From an uncultured virus (IMG/VR IMGVR_UViG_3300028394_000074) (Duplodnaviria; Heunggongvirae; Uroviricota; Caudoviricetes): a DNA stretch of 64,000 nucleotides. Position numbers and translations under genes: made by a program. Of this stretch, positions 1 to 9,340 are shown one piece after another. The stretch is taken from positions 1 to 64,000 of IMG/VR virus record IMGVR_UViG_3300028394_000074. One strand, written 5' to 3'. Position 1 is the first letter of the stretch; the number at the start of each line of letters is the position of its first letter. Below the pieces are notes generated by a model, which searched no databases, was not told the origin of the DNA, and saw nothing but the letters and a program-made list of their open reading frames with translations.

Positions 1-753
1 ACTGTAGCCAGAGATACCAGAGAATCCACTATAGCCAGAGATACCAGAGTAACCACTATAGCCAGAGATACCAGAGTAACCACTATAGCCAGAGATACCA
101 GAGTAACCACTATAGCCAGAGATACCAGAGTAACCACTATAGCCAGAGATACCAGAACCTGAGTATCCGGAACGCCCACTATAGCCGGAGATACCACTAT
201 AGCCAGAGATACCAGAGTAACCACTATAGCCAGAGATACCAGAGTAACCACTATAGCCAGAGATACCAGAGATGCCACTGTAGCCAGAGATGCCAGAACC
301 ACTATAGCCAGAGATACCAGAACCACTATAGCCAGATATACCAGAACCACTGTAGCCAGAGATACCAGAACCACTGTAGCCAGAACGGCCACTGTAACCA
401 GAGATACCAGAGTATCCACTAAGTCCTTGTGGGCCGACAATTTGCCCTGCGTCGTACCATGCTGTACCACCCCAGACCCATAAGTTGCCGTCTGCGGTTA
501 CGATGTACGCGTCGTTAACTTGGTTGCCTGTAGGTGGTAATGCTGCAACGGTTGGCACTTCACCTTTTAACGTGATTGATGTACCCTGTGGACCAGAGTA
601 ACCAGAGAATCCAGAATAGCCAGAGACGCCAGAGTAGCCAGACGCTGGTCCGTTAAATGCAAGCCAAGACACACCGTCCCATGTCCATGTAGAACCGTTG
701 GCAGTGTACTGCTGGTTTATTGACGGCGATGAGGGAAAATTTAAAGTTGCCAT
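1..753 (-). CDS. SGYSG-repeat tail fibre/virion protein (3' end runs off window; not in ORF track)
   Basis: ATG at 753 reads MATLNFPSSPSINQQYTANGSTWTWDGVSW...DAYIVTADGNLWVWGGTAWYDAGQIVGPQGLSGYSGISGYSG..., apparently open to position 1. Confidence 0.8.
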   Translation of the reverse strand, partial: MATLNFPSSPSINQQYTANGSTWTWDGVSWLAFNGPASGYSGVSGYSGFSGYSGPQGTSITLKGEVPTVAALPPTGNQVNDAYIVTADGNLWVWGGTAWYDAGQIVGPQGLSGYSGISGYSGRSGYSGSGISGYSGSGISGYSGSGISGYSGSGISGYSGISGISGYSGYSGISGYSGYSGISGYSGISGYSGRSGYSGSGISGYSGYSGISGYSGYSGISGYSGYSGISGYSGYSGISGYSGFSGISGYS

Positions 754-761
754 AATTATCT

Positions 762-3602
762 TTATGCAGTCTGGTCAAGTAATACTAATGAACAAGCACG
801 AACTGTTAGTGTGCCAGAAGTTACTTTTAAACCTTGAATGTTTAAAGTTCCAGAAGCAGTTACAACAATTTCACCAATTAATCTGGCAGATGCTTCAGCG
901 GCGGCAGTAGTCCAACAAGTAGTACCAGCCGTTCCAAGTGTAGTTTGTCGGCTTGTTGCAACAAAAGTTGTTCCAGAAGCCTGTGCAACTTGTATCCATT
1001 CAACAGTAGATGTTCCACTAAAAGTAACAGTAAATTGTGCGCCAGCGGCTGAAGATGATTGACCAACTAATTCAACAATAAAACTATATGAGCCAGCAGT
1101 TAAAGTCCTTGTTAAATTAGTAATGTTAGTGAATGCAGTTGTGGCATTGGTATAAGCATTAGCCACTATCATTTCTGCGCCAGCACCGCTATAGCCAGAG
1201 ATACCAGAGTAGCCAGAGATACCAGAGTAGCCAGAGTAGCCAGAGTAGCCAGAGATACCAGAACCACTATAGCCAGAGATACCAGAACCACTGTAGCCAG
1301 AGATACCAGATCCACTGTAGCCAGAGATACCAGATCCACTGTAGCCGGAGATACCAGAGTAGCCAGAGTAGCCAGAGATACCAGAACCACTATAGCCAGA
1401 GATACCAGAACCACTGTAGCCAGAGATACCAGATCCACTGTAGCCGGAGATACCAGATCCAGAATAGCCAGAGATACCAGATCCACTGTAGCCAGAGATA
1501 CCAGATCCACTGTAGCCGGAGATACCAGATCCAGAATAGCCAGATATACCAGATCCAGAGTAGCCAGAGATTCCAGATCCAGAGTAGCCAGAGATTCCAG
1601 AGTAACCACTATAGCCAGATATACCAGAACCTGAGTAGCCAGATATACCAGATCCAGAGTAGCCAGAGATTCCAGAGTAACCACTATAGCCAGATATACC
1701 AGATCCAGAATAGCCAGATATACCAGATCCAGAGTAGCCAGAGATTCCAGAGTAACCACTATAGCCAGATATACCAGATCCAGAATAGCCAGATATACCA
1801 GAGCCACTATATCCAGAAATGCCGCTGTAACCAGAAACTCCTGAAAATCCAGAATACCCAGAAATACCAGAACCGCTGTAGCCTGAAATGCCAGAACCGC
1901 TATACCCTGAAATACCGCTGTAACCAGATATGCCTGATGTGCCACTATACCCACTTATACCACTACCGCTGTAACCTGAAATTCCTGAATATCCACTAAT
2001 ACCAGCAGTAATAGCTAAAAATAAATTATGATTATTAGAAAAGTTTGTAGTTCCTGAACCACTAGAAGAAGTTAAAGTAACAGGATAAGTCCAATAACTT
2101 GTAGAAGTTCCAGCGTTTGTATTTGTTGGTGCGCTATTAACAAGCCATATTTGATAGTTTGAACTTACATTTCTATCTTGAATAGTAAATGTCTGCCCTT
2201 GTTTTATTAAAGCTAAAAATATATCTGCATCAATTACATTGGGATTATCTGTTAAATGACTTACATTAATAGATGTTGCACTTGCCTGTGTCGCATTATT
2301 CCAAAGCACATGACCATCAGTAGGATAGCCAGATGTTAATGAAGTATTTGCTTGATATAAAAATACAGTTGAAGAAGTGCCTTGTGCGCCAGAATATCCT
2401 GAAATACCAGAGCCACTATATCCTGAAATACCAGAGTAACCACTGTAGCCAGATATACCAGAACCACTGTAGCCAGAGATACCAGAGCCTGAGTAACCAG
2501 AGATACCAGATCCACTGTAGCCAGATAGACCAGATCCACTGTAGCCAGATAGACCAGATGCACCACTGTAGCCAGAAATACCAGAACCACTGTAGCCAGA
2601 GATACCACTATAACCAGAGATACCAGATCCACTATAGCCTGAGATACCAGAACCACTGTAGCCAGAAATACCAGAACCACTGTAGCCAGAGATACCAAAG
2701 CCACTGTAGCCAGATATACCAGAACCACTATAACCAGATATACCGGAGTATCCAGATATACCAGCGCCGCTGTAGCCAGATATACCAGAGCCACTGTAAC
2801 CAGATATACCAGAGCCACTATATCCAGAGATACCGGAAGTGCCGGTATTACCACTATAGCCAGAAAAACCGGAAGCGCCTGTAGCACCACTGTAGCCAGA
2901 AAAACCGGAAGCGCCACTATAACCTGATGCACCTTGTGCTCCAGAGTAACCAGAAATACCAGAACCAGAGTAACCAGATAGGCCGGCACCACCAGCAGAA
3001 CCACTGTAACCCGACATACCAGAGTAACCAGAGAAACCAGCCGTACCCATGATGGAGTCCACCCACTGACAACCATCAACGTCACAGTAATAAATCTTTA
3101 ACTTACCAGCAACGTCGTCCCACCACATTGCTCCTGCACCGGGGGACGGAGGAGGTGATGCTCCAATGTATACAGAGCCAGAATATCCAGACGCGCCAGA
3201 GTAACCTGAGATACCAACAAATCCAGAGAATCCAGAAGTGCCACTGTAGCCAGAGATACCAGAATATCCTGATGCACCAAATCCACCAGATGTGCCAGAT
3301 TGGCCTGACCAACCAGAAATACCTGAGTAACCGGATTTACCAGAGTAACCAGATAATCCAGAATATCCAGACGAGCCAGAGACAGGGCCAACAACTTCTG
3401 TTGATCCGTCGCTGTAGTAAATTGTTAGATAACCAGTTGTTGGGTTATAGATAATATTGGTAATGAGTTTGCCGGGCGTGGCAGCGTTAGCGATCTGGGA
3501 GACAGACGCTTGTTTTGTTACACCACCTTGTACAACTACCGTTTGCTCGTTACCTGTTAGGGTTGTAGCAACCGGTAGTCTGGTTATGGGCTGATCTGAC
3601 AT
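762..3602 (-). CDS. SGYSG/SGISG-repeat collagen-like tail fibre/virion protein, 946 aa
   Basis: N-terminal virion-attachment-like segment (ITRLPVATTLTGNE), long Ser-Gly-X repeat blocks separated by globular inserts, beta-rich C-terminus. Confidence 0.75.
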   Translation of the reverse strand: MSDQPITRLPVATTLTGNEQTVVVQGGVTKQASVSQIANAATPGKLITNIIYNPTTGYLTIYYSDGSTEVVGPVSGSSGYSGLSGYSGKSGYSGISGWSGQSGTSGGFGASGYSGISGYSGTSGFSGFVGISGYSGASGYSGSVYIGASPPPSPGAGAMWWDDVAGKLKIYYCDVDGCQWVDSIMGTAGFSGYSGMSGYSGSAGGAGLSGYSGSGISGYSGAQGASGYSGASGFSGYSGATGASGFSGYSGNTGTSGISGYSGSGISGYSGSGISGYSGAGISGYSGISGYSGSGISGYSGFGISGYSGSGISGYSGSGISGYSGSGISGYSGISGYSGSGISGYSGASGLSGYSGSGLSGYSGSGISGYSGSGISGYSGSGISGYSGYSGISGYSGSGISGYSGAQGTSSTVFLYQANTSLTSGYPTDGHVLWNNATQASATSINVSHLTDNPNVIDADIFLALIKQGQTFTIQDRNVSSNYQIWLVNSAPTNTNAGTSTSYWTYPVTLTSSSGSGTTNFSNNHNLFLAITAGISGYSGISGYSGSGISGYSGTSGISGYSGISGYSGSGISGYSGSGISGYSGFSGVSGYSGISGYSGSGISGYSGSGISGYSGYSGISGYSGSGISGYSGSGISGYSGYSGISGYSGSGISGYSGSGISGYSGYSGISGYSGSGISGYSGSGISGYSGSGISGYSGSGISGYSGSGISGYSGSGISGYSGSGISGYSGSGISGYSGSGISGYSGYSGISGYSGSGISGYSGSGISGYSGSGISGYSGSGISGYSGYSGYSGISGYSGISGYSGAGAEMIVANAYTNATTAFTNITNLTRTLTAGSYSFIVELVGQSSSAAGAQFTVTFSGTSTVEWIQVAQASGTTFVATSRQTTLGTAGTTCWTTAAAEASARLIGEIVVTASGTLNIQGLKVTSGTLTVRACSLVLLDQTA

Positions 3603-3610
3603 TTATTTTA

Positions 3611-4225
3611 TTAGGTGTAAGTAAAGCTACCATGCAGAGTTGCTGTGCCAAATGTGGACGTAGCGCTCACGTCAACAATACCAGTGATTGGGTACACTGG
3701 AGTAGTTGCGTGAATCTCTGTGGAATTGATCAATGTGAATGTTGCTAAAGCTCCGCCGACTTTTACGTTTGTCACGTCGGTAAAGTTAGCACCCATGATT
3801 ACGATTGGTGTGCCACCAGCCTGTGGGCCGGTGCTAGGCGATACTGTGTAGATAAACGGATTTAGCATCTGTGGCGATGGTGCCACGTTGCTGGCTCTGT
3901 TAAGATCGCCCTGTGCTCCGCCCGCAGGAGGAACGCCTTCAATGAAGAACGAATCTGCGCCTTGAGTAAAGCCACCGTCTGTCATAATCTGATTTGGTGT
4001 GAGCGCAACAGAGACGTCTGGGCGCGGGAAGCGCAACGCAATGTTTTCAGTCTGACGCGCAGGCAAACGCCATGGGTCGAACTGATCTAGGTCGTCCTTA
4101 CATACCCGCATCCCTGGAAAATTAGGGTCGGGCATTAATTCGGTATAGCCAAACTTTCTATTGCAGCGGTCGCAGACCGCTATAGACAGAACGCTATTAC
4201 CTCGAGTATCGAGGTAAACTGGCAT
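3611..4225 (-). CDS. Virion protein with N-terminal CxxC motif and C-terminal IPT/TIG Ig-like domain
   Basis: CDRC...RVC motif; P.I.TVSPSTGPQAGGTPIVIMGANF is a typical IPT/TIG signature. Confidence 0.65.
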   Translation of the reverse strand: MPVYLDTRGNSVLSIAVCDRCNRKFGYTELMPDPNFPGMRVCKDDLDQFDPWRLPARQTENIALRFPRPDVSVALTPNQIMTDGGFTQGADSFFIEGVPPAGGAQGDLNRASNVAPSPQMLNPFIYTVSPSTGPQAGGTPIVIMGANFTDVTNVKVGGALATFTLINSTEIHATTPVYPITGIVDVSATSTFGTATLHGSFTYT

Positions 4226-4530
4226 TACTTAATTCCGGATTGAACTACAGTAAGTGTATCACCAGCGGTTGCACCAGACAAACGAATAGCACGATATGGT
4301 TGTGCTAAAAACGTTGCAGTGTTTGGTGCAGATGTTGGTGCTGTAATCCAAGTAAAAGTTGGTGCTGTAAAAACACTATTTACTACAGGATACGGGTCGG
4401 TTTGTGAAACTTGAACCGTGCCGGAGCCAGAATTTACATAACTAACTTGGAATGGTGCAATGTACTGGTCGAGCACAACCGCATCGGTTGTTGTCCCAGC
4501 GGTTGGTACTGTTACGATTATTTCACGCAT
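4225..4530 (-). CDS. Small virion structural protein
   Basis: Thr/Ala-rich beta protein in the head gene block, GGAG SD. Confidence 0.55.
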   Translation of the reverse strand: MREIIVTVPTAGTTTDAVVLDQYIAPFQVSYVNSGSGTVQVSQTDPYPVVNSVFTAPTFTWITAPTSAPNTATFLAQPYRAIRLSGATAGDTLTVVQSGIK

Positions 4531-4547
4531 GATTTCTCCTAAAAGGT

Positions 4548-4573
4548 TAAAAGAGGCGGGACTAGCCCGCCAT
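4548..4573 (-). terminator. Intrinsic terminator-like hairpin
   Basis: GGCGGG-ctagt-CCCGCC followed by TCTTTT on the minus strand. Confidence 0.5.
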
Positions 4574-4578
4574 CTAAA

Positions 4579-5040
4579 TTAGCTATTTGTTAAGCCAGAA
4601 CCGTAAGGAGTAATTGTGCCATCAGAGTTGCGACCAGTGTACTGAATAGACAGTGTACCAGCAGAAGCTGCTTCAGAAGCTAAAGTAACTGTGCAGTCGT
4701 ATGCACCAACGTTAGCTAACAAGTTAGCCACAGCAGCAGAGGCTGTAAATACTACAGCAACTTTACCTAAGGCAGTAGTTGTCAATGTGCCGACAGCAGT
4801 AGTTGTGCCGTTAACAGTCAAACTAACTGCGCGTGAAGCTGCTCCAACTACGTTTAAGTAGCCGTCGATTGAGTGAATGATTGAACCTGCAGGGATTACA
4901 TCAGTTGCTGCCGCACCAGCCACAATAGTGGTCTGTTGTGAAATCATTGTAGCACCAGTGTTGTCAGCAGAAATTGTGCCGTCGTTGCTGGTTGTTTGAC
5001 GTGTGTTAAGACGTAGCGGGATTGTAAAAGTTGATGACAT
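4579..5040 (-). CDS. Virion structural protein (possible head decoration)
   Basis: Ala/Thr-rich, directly downstream of the capsid gene, has its own phage promoter. Confidence 0.55.
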   Translation of the reverse strand: MSSTFTIPLRLNTRQTTSNDGTISADNTGATMISQQTTIVAGAAATDVIPAGSIIHSIDGYLNVVGAASRAVSLTVNGTTTAVGTLTTTALGKVAVVFTASAAVANLLANVGAYDCTVTLASEAASAGTLSIQYTGRNSDGTITPYGSGLTNS

Positions 5041-5054
5041 GTTTAATTCCTTAT

Positions 5055-5120
5055 CTTAGTGGGTATCCCAAACTGTCTCTAAGTCGTCTCACCGGGAAGT
5101 AGCGGTGGTCAGAGTGGGAT
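5055..5120 (-). ncRNA. Candidate structured 5' leader RNA
   Basis: ATCCCA/TGGGAT closing stem, CACCG/CGGTG hairpin, possible CTTAG/CTAAG pseudoknot. Confidence 0.45.
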
Positions 5121-5133
5121 TATCTTCCTAATA

Positions 5134-5165
5134 CTACTTATGCAAAATGAAGAGAAAAAACGCCC
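5134..5165 (-). promoter_or_regulatory. Phage late promoter GGGC-N17-TGCATAAGTAG
   Basis: Same motif with the same 17-nt spacer at 6 loci. Confidence 0.8.
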
Positions 5166-5172
5166 TAAAAGC

Positions 5173-5197
5173 AAAAAACCCCGCCGAAGCGGGGTTC
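5173..5197 (-). terminator. Intrinsic terminator after the major capsid gene
   Basis: AACCCCGC-TTCG-GCGGGGTT then a T-run on the minus strand. Confidence 0.8.
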
Positions 5198-5223
5198 CAA
5201 AGTGCCTTTGTGGGGCTTTTTGA

Positions 5224-6141
5224 TTAAACGCCTTGAGTACCAAAAACGTTACGTGCATCATGCCAGCCGGTCGCATAGCGCTCGGTAGCTTTGTAACGCA
5301 TAGAGTCAGTCTCGAAGTCGCCTTCCATGGATTTCTCCATTGGACGACGGGATACGAGCATGAGTCCGTTTTCAGCATCAGTCTGAACAAACCAGGCTTT
5401 GCTTGAGGACAAACGTGTTACCACGTGTGTGCCTTTAGGCAGCATGCCTGTTGATTTGATAGGGTTCAAATCATTATCGGCTGTACCAGAACGGAGAACC
5501 GATTTCAGAATTACTTCTGACTGGAACTCGAGTGCTGGAGGAACAACTAACTGCTCAGCTTTCAGACGAATACGCTTACCGTTATTGTCGATAGCGCCAC
5601 GGATTTGAATCAAAATCTGTTCAACAGAAGTTTGGCTCAATGAAGCAGCGGTTGACAATTTATTGCTGTATGTTTGACCATTAGCAATAGGGTGAGCTGT
5701 ACTAATCAAAACTACGCCGTCGCCACCAGTGTAACCGCTTGTGAACGCAAAGTTCAACAAGTTAGCACACAAAGTTTCCTTAGTTTCAATCATAGACTGA
5801 GCTAAGTGTTTAGCGAAGGTAGAGCCGATACGGATGTGATCGCCGTCTTCCATCAAAACTTTGGTCAAGGCATAAGCCAAGCCATAGATTTGGTAGATGA
5901 AACGGGTGATGTACAATGTACCACCTTGATCATAGCTGACAGGAGTACCGTCAGGCATGGCAGGTGCAGCATTCATACCGAAGAGCATTACTTCTTCGTG
6001 ATAGTTACGTGGAATACCTTGGATCTGTTCTACAAATCCTTTCCACTCGTCGGCGCGTTGTTCGTATACGCCATCAAAGACTTCGTTGATAATCGGTTCG
6101 ACTACCGCACGAAAGTCGGTACTACGCATTGGGGTTGCCAT
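5224..6141 (-). CDS. Major capsid protein
   Basis: 305 aa, HK97-type MCP-like motifs (LVVPPALE, AWFVQTD, RYKATERYATGW); follows scaffold; strong terminator after it. Confidence 0.85.
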   Translation of the reverse strand: MATPMRSTDFRAVVEPIINEVFDGVYEQRADEWKGFVEQIQGIPRNYHEEVMLFGMNAAPAMPDGTPVSYDQGGTLYITRFIYQIYGLAYALTKVLMEDGDHIRIGSTFAKHLAQSMIETKETLCANLLNFAFTSGYTGGDGVVLISTAHPIANGQTYSNKLSTAASLSQTSVEQILIQIRGAIDNNGKRIRLKAEQLVVPPALEFQSEVILKSVLRSGTADNDLNPIKSTGMLPKGTHVVTRLSSSKAWFVQTDAENGLMLVSRRPMEKSMEGDFETDSMRYKATERYATGWHDARNVFGTQGV

Positions 6142-6166
6142 TTGCTATTCCTTTTCTTTCGTTATA

Positions 6167-6838
6167 TTAAGAGTAAGCGACCGAAACAGACGGAGCGACT
6201 AATTGACTGTTAGCGATTTGAACTTGTACGATTGTGTAAGTGTCAGCCCAGGCATTTGTTTGCCCTGTTGGCCAAGCAGTTTCACGACCTAAACCAACCA
6301 CTTTAACTTGACCTTGAGCACCGGTTGCTACTGGTGATGCAGCCAAAGCTGTTTGTGAGAAGCCAGCGCCACCGTTGCCGATAGATTGACCTACCGTTGG
6401 GTTATTTGTTGCATCAAAATCGTAAGCCTTGCCAATAGCCGTAGTTGCCACTGAACCATTACACTGAGCTTCGTAAACCAATTGAGGATCTGTGAAGAGC
6501 CAAAAAATGATTTGTGTAGAAGCATCAAGAGTTAGTTTAGAAGCCCATTTAGCTACTGAACGACGACCTTGTGAGTCTGTAAATTCAACGCCATCAAATA
6601 CGCCAAACATTTTGCCAGTTGCGGCTAATGTAGGTGCTGGGATCAATTGACCCGATGTGTTGATTCCTACTGGTTGATATTGATAGAAAGCCTGACCAGT
6701 TGTGAGACCGTAAGGTGCATTGTAAGTATTGTCAGTAGCAGCTTGAAAGCTGTTGGTACCCACAAACTGAGTTGCACGATCCAGACCACTTGGGTGGTAG
6801 GCAGGCTTCATACCAAAGGGAAGATATGTCGTAGACAT
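6167..6838 (-). CDS. Head-associated structural protein (decoration/cement-like)
   Basis: Directly upstream of MCP; PFGMKP and DPQLVYEAQ motifs recalled from genes in this position. Confidence 0.55.
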   Translation of the reverse strand: MSTTYLPFGMKPAYHPSGLDRATQFVGTNSFQAATDNTYNAPYGLTTGQAFYQYQPVGINTSGQLIPAPTLAATGKMFGVFDGVEFTDSQGRRSVAKWASKLTLDASTQIIFWLFTDPQLVYEAQCNGSVATTAIGKAYDFDATNNPTVGQSIGNGGAGFSQTALAASPVATGAQGQVKVVGLGRETAWPTGQTNAWADTYTIVQVQIANSQLVAPSVSVAYS

Positions 6839-6871
6839 GTAATTTTATTCCTTTTGTTTTTTTGAAGAATG

Positions 6872-7426
6872 TTAATCGAAGCGGATATTACTATTCGCCT
6901 TTGCGGCCTCTTTTTCCATTTCCAAAACTCCACCTTCAAGAATTGAGCGTCCGCCCTTACCTTCTTGTGCAGTATTACGCACATTTGCGGTAATGTTGCG
7001 TTGATGATCTAGCGGATCCTCTAGGTGCATCATGCGCATCACTTCTTGATAGATTTCTTCTGGTAACTTGAAGAGAACCATCTCGTTACAGCTAACACAG
7101 CCTTCAAACTTGCCCGAGCTCATTTTGCCTAGTCCTTCAAAGCCTTTTCCTAATTCGGAGGCTTTAACTGGCTCATAACCCAATGCTACGCGTTTGTCGA
7201 TACTGTCATAATTATTTGTAGTGGATAACCAGCACAAATGAAAGCCAGGGATAATCCCCGCTGGCAAGTCTGGCAATGCGCTATTTTGCCATTTATCTCT
7301 GAACGCCTCTGCACGTTCGCGCTTGGTTTTATTGCTAGGATCTTCTGTTGCAATCCGTTCTTTAGTTTCTTGTACACGATCCGCTAAGCGGTCTTCGATG
7401 TCACGTTTAATTCTTGTGTTTGCCAT
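6872..7426 (-). CDS. Head-module protein of unknown function
   Basis: Between scaffold and capsid genes; PGFHLCWLS...GYEPV motif. Confidence 0.55.
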   Translation of the reverse strand: MANTRIKRDIEDRLADRVQETKERIATEDPSNKTKRERAEAFRDKWQNSALPDLPAGIIPGFHLCWLSTTNNYDSIDKRVALGYEPVKASELGKGFEGLGKMSSGKFEGCVSCNEMVLFKLPEEIYQEVMRMMHLEDPLDHQRNITANVRNTAQEGKGGRSILEGGVLEMEKEAAKANSNIRFD

Positions 7427-7431
7427 GATAA

Positions 7432-8409
7432 TTAACCTTTATTTTCACGATCATACTGTGCATAAGCACGGATCATTTTGTTTCGTTTTTCTACATCGTC
7501 CCACGCACCAGCGTCTTTAATTGCATTAACACGATCACGAGAAAGTGTGATGGTGCCAGCTTTTTGACTGGTGGTATTTGCAACCCTACTTGATGCTGTG
7601 GGGTTTGCCCGCCTATTACTTCCGCCTTTTGATACATAGCGGTGCGGTAAACGACTTGCTAAACGACTGTCTAACTCTTCCCAATACTCGGAATCACTAG
7701 GATCCCAACCATCGGCAGCGAGTTCTTGGTCAACTACTTTGGCAATTCTACTATCTGTATCTCGAGCTTGTGGATCGTACCAAGCGTTTTTCTTTAACCA
7801 ACGAGTAGCATTTTCTTGTACTTCATTACTAATTGGGTTAGGAACATTTTGCTTTGGCGCTTTAGCAGCCTCGAGCTGTTGTTTCTTGTAATATTGAGCT
7901 TGATTGAGACGCTGTTTAGCATCTGTCAATTGCTCTAAATACTCTACTTGAGCTGATGCATCATTAGCTTGCGTTGCTTGCAACATCTTCATTTTTGCGT
8001 ATTCAACTCTTGTAGCTTCGTCTTCGATAGCTTTATCAAGTTGTGCAAATTGATACGATGATGCTGTATTTTCTACTTTAGCAAGGCGTTCTGCTAGGTC
8101 TGCATTGTGACGCTCAAGCATTTTAATCTTGTTTTGCGCCGAAAAATCACGCTGTTTCTTTAACTCTTTTTTGAGTCTGCGTTCTTCTCTACGAGCTTCA
8201 CGGATCGCTTCACGCTCATCATCTGAGACATCATCAGTTTCATCCGCATCTGCGTCAGCATCTTCTTCACGCTCTTCATCAGTGCGTTCGTCAGCATGCG
8301 TTTCTTCTTTTTCGACTTCATCAACGCTATCTGGTATTTCTACCTTGGCGAGGACAGAGCCATCTTCTTGTTCCTTAATTGGAACGTCTTTCTTTTCATT
8401 TTCTGCCAT
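7432..8409 (-). CDS. Capsid scaffolding protein
   Basis: Acidic N-terminus, long coiled coil, position between portal and MCP. Confidence 0.65.
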   Translation of the reverse strand: MAENEKKDVPIKEQEDGSVLAKVEIPDSVDEVEKEETHADERTDEEREEDADADADETDDVSDDEREAIREARREERRLKKELKKQRDFSAQNKIKMLERHNADLAERLAKVENTASSYQFAQLDKAIEDEATRVEYAKMKMLQATQANDASAQVEYLEQLTDAKQRLNQAQYYKKQQLEAAKAPKQNVPNPISNEVQENATRWLKKNAWYDPQARDTDSRIAKVVDQELAADGWDPSDSEYWEELDSRLASRLPHRYVSKGGSNRRANPTASSRVANTTSQKAGTITLSRDRVNAIKDAGAWDDVEKRNKMIRAYAQYDRENKG

Positions 8410-8427
8410 TTTGTACTTTCTACAAAG

Positions 8428-8868
8428 TTAATCTACAAACGCTTTCATTTTCTGTGCCGCTTCAAATGACTTGATCTTAGAGATCACTTCACGCGCCTGT
8501 AGTGTAATAAACACCACTGGAGCGCCATCGTCGTCTGGTTGCACAACAAAACGGTCGCCGCCGTACTTAATTGTACGAACTAAGTCACCAACGCTACACC
8601 AAGGGCCTTCTGGCCATGGGGTAAGGTCATCTGGGCTTTTATACGCCAGTGGACCAATATTGATTACTTTAGCTACTGTCTCGTTAAAACGTAAGGTTTG
8701 TTTGGTTTCATCAACTAAGATGATACCGCCTTTACTTGTCGTCTTTTCCCTGCGCAACTGCACAAGTACTCTGTCTCCAAGAATCTCAACGCCCGAGTCT
8801 ACCTCTGGAAAGCATTCCTGCTCTGAACGTAAATCTGGCTCACTTTTACTATTAAAATCAATTGGCAT
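8428..8868 (-). CDS. groES: Co-chaperonin GroES-like protein
   Basis: LGDRVLVQ...KTTSKGGIIL...AKVINIGP...VGDLV..KYGG, the Cpn10 signature. Confidence 0.8.
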   Translation of the reverse strand: MPIDFNSKSEPDLRSEQECFPEVDSGVEILGDRVLVQLRREKTTSKGGIILVDETKQTLRFNETVAKVINIGPLAYKSPDDLTPWPEGPWCSVGDLVRTIKYGGDRFVVQPDDDGAPVVFITLQAREVISKIKSFEAAQKMKAFVD

Positions 8869-8898
8869 ACGCCAACTCTCCTTACACCTTACGGCGCT

Positions 8899-9087
8899 TT
8901 AGTTTTCATCATCCTCTGTTAGGAGGTCTTCTAGAATTGCCATGGCTTGTTTTAAGCCATCACGATTACCCAATACTCTTTGATAAGAATCAAAGTTATG
9001 GATGTTGGAACCTGAAGCTAGAACTTCGGTTGTTTCTTTATCCGCTTCTTTCAAGCGGCTTATGTACTCAGAAAGTATGTCTCTCAT
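8899..9087 (-). CDS. Small head-module protein (MRDILSEY..., probably leaderless)
   Basis: ATG lies 4 nt after the promoter motif; the longer ORF-track start overlaps the promoter. Confidence 0.55.
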   Translation of the reverse strand: MRDILSEYISRLKEADKETTEVLASGSNIHNFDSYQRVLGNRDGLKQAMAILEDLLTEDDEN

Positions 9088-9091
9088 ATTA

Positions 9092-9123
9092 CTACTTATG
9101 CAAAGAGGCGAAATATTCCGCCC
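9092..9123 (-). promoter_or_regulatory. Phage late promoter GGGC-N17-TGCATAAGTAG
   Basis: Exact motif, 17-nt spacer. Confidence 0.8.
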
Positions 9124-9129
9124 CAAACA

Positions 9130-9339
9130 TTAATAAAAGTTACCGCCGTCGAGATCTTTAAGGTTCTTTCCTGGGCCAACTTTTTTGGATTTAGCCATTT
9201 TGTTTTGGTTCAAAACGGCATTATTAGCACGTTTGGAACCAGATGAACCTGCGTCCAGATTTTTGTTTTCTGGGCCACCGCCAGATGACAGTTTGCCAGT
9301 TTCTTGATATGTTTGACGAAAGCCTTTTTGATCGGCCAT
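9130..9339 (-). CDS. Small basic virion-associated protein
   Basis: Follows the portal gene with GGAG SD; Lys/Gly-rich. Confidence 0.5.
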   Translation of the reverse strand: MADQKGFRQTYQETGKLSSGGGPENKNLDAGSSGSKRANNAVLNQNKMAKSKKVGPGKNLKDLDGGNFY

Positions 9340-9340
9340 A

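Noticed and set aside
1..3400. CRISPR-like or non-coding tandem repeat array
   Set aside because: Repeats are in-frame Ser-Gly-X codons with no unique spacers, and there is no cas operon
1169..3454. Alternative-frame ORFs (LVSLATVD and QNHCSQRY repeats)
   Set aside because: Shadows of the repetitive SGYSG gene with no independent start signals
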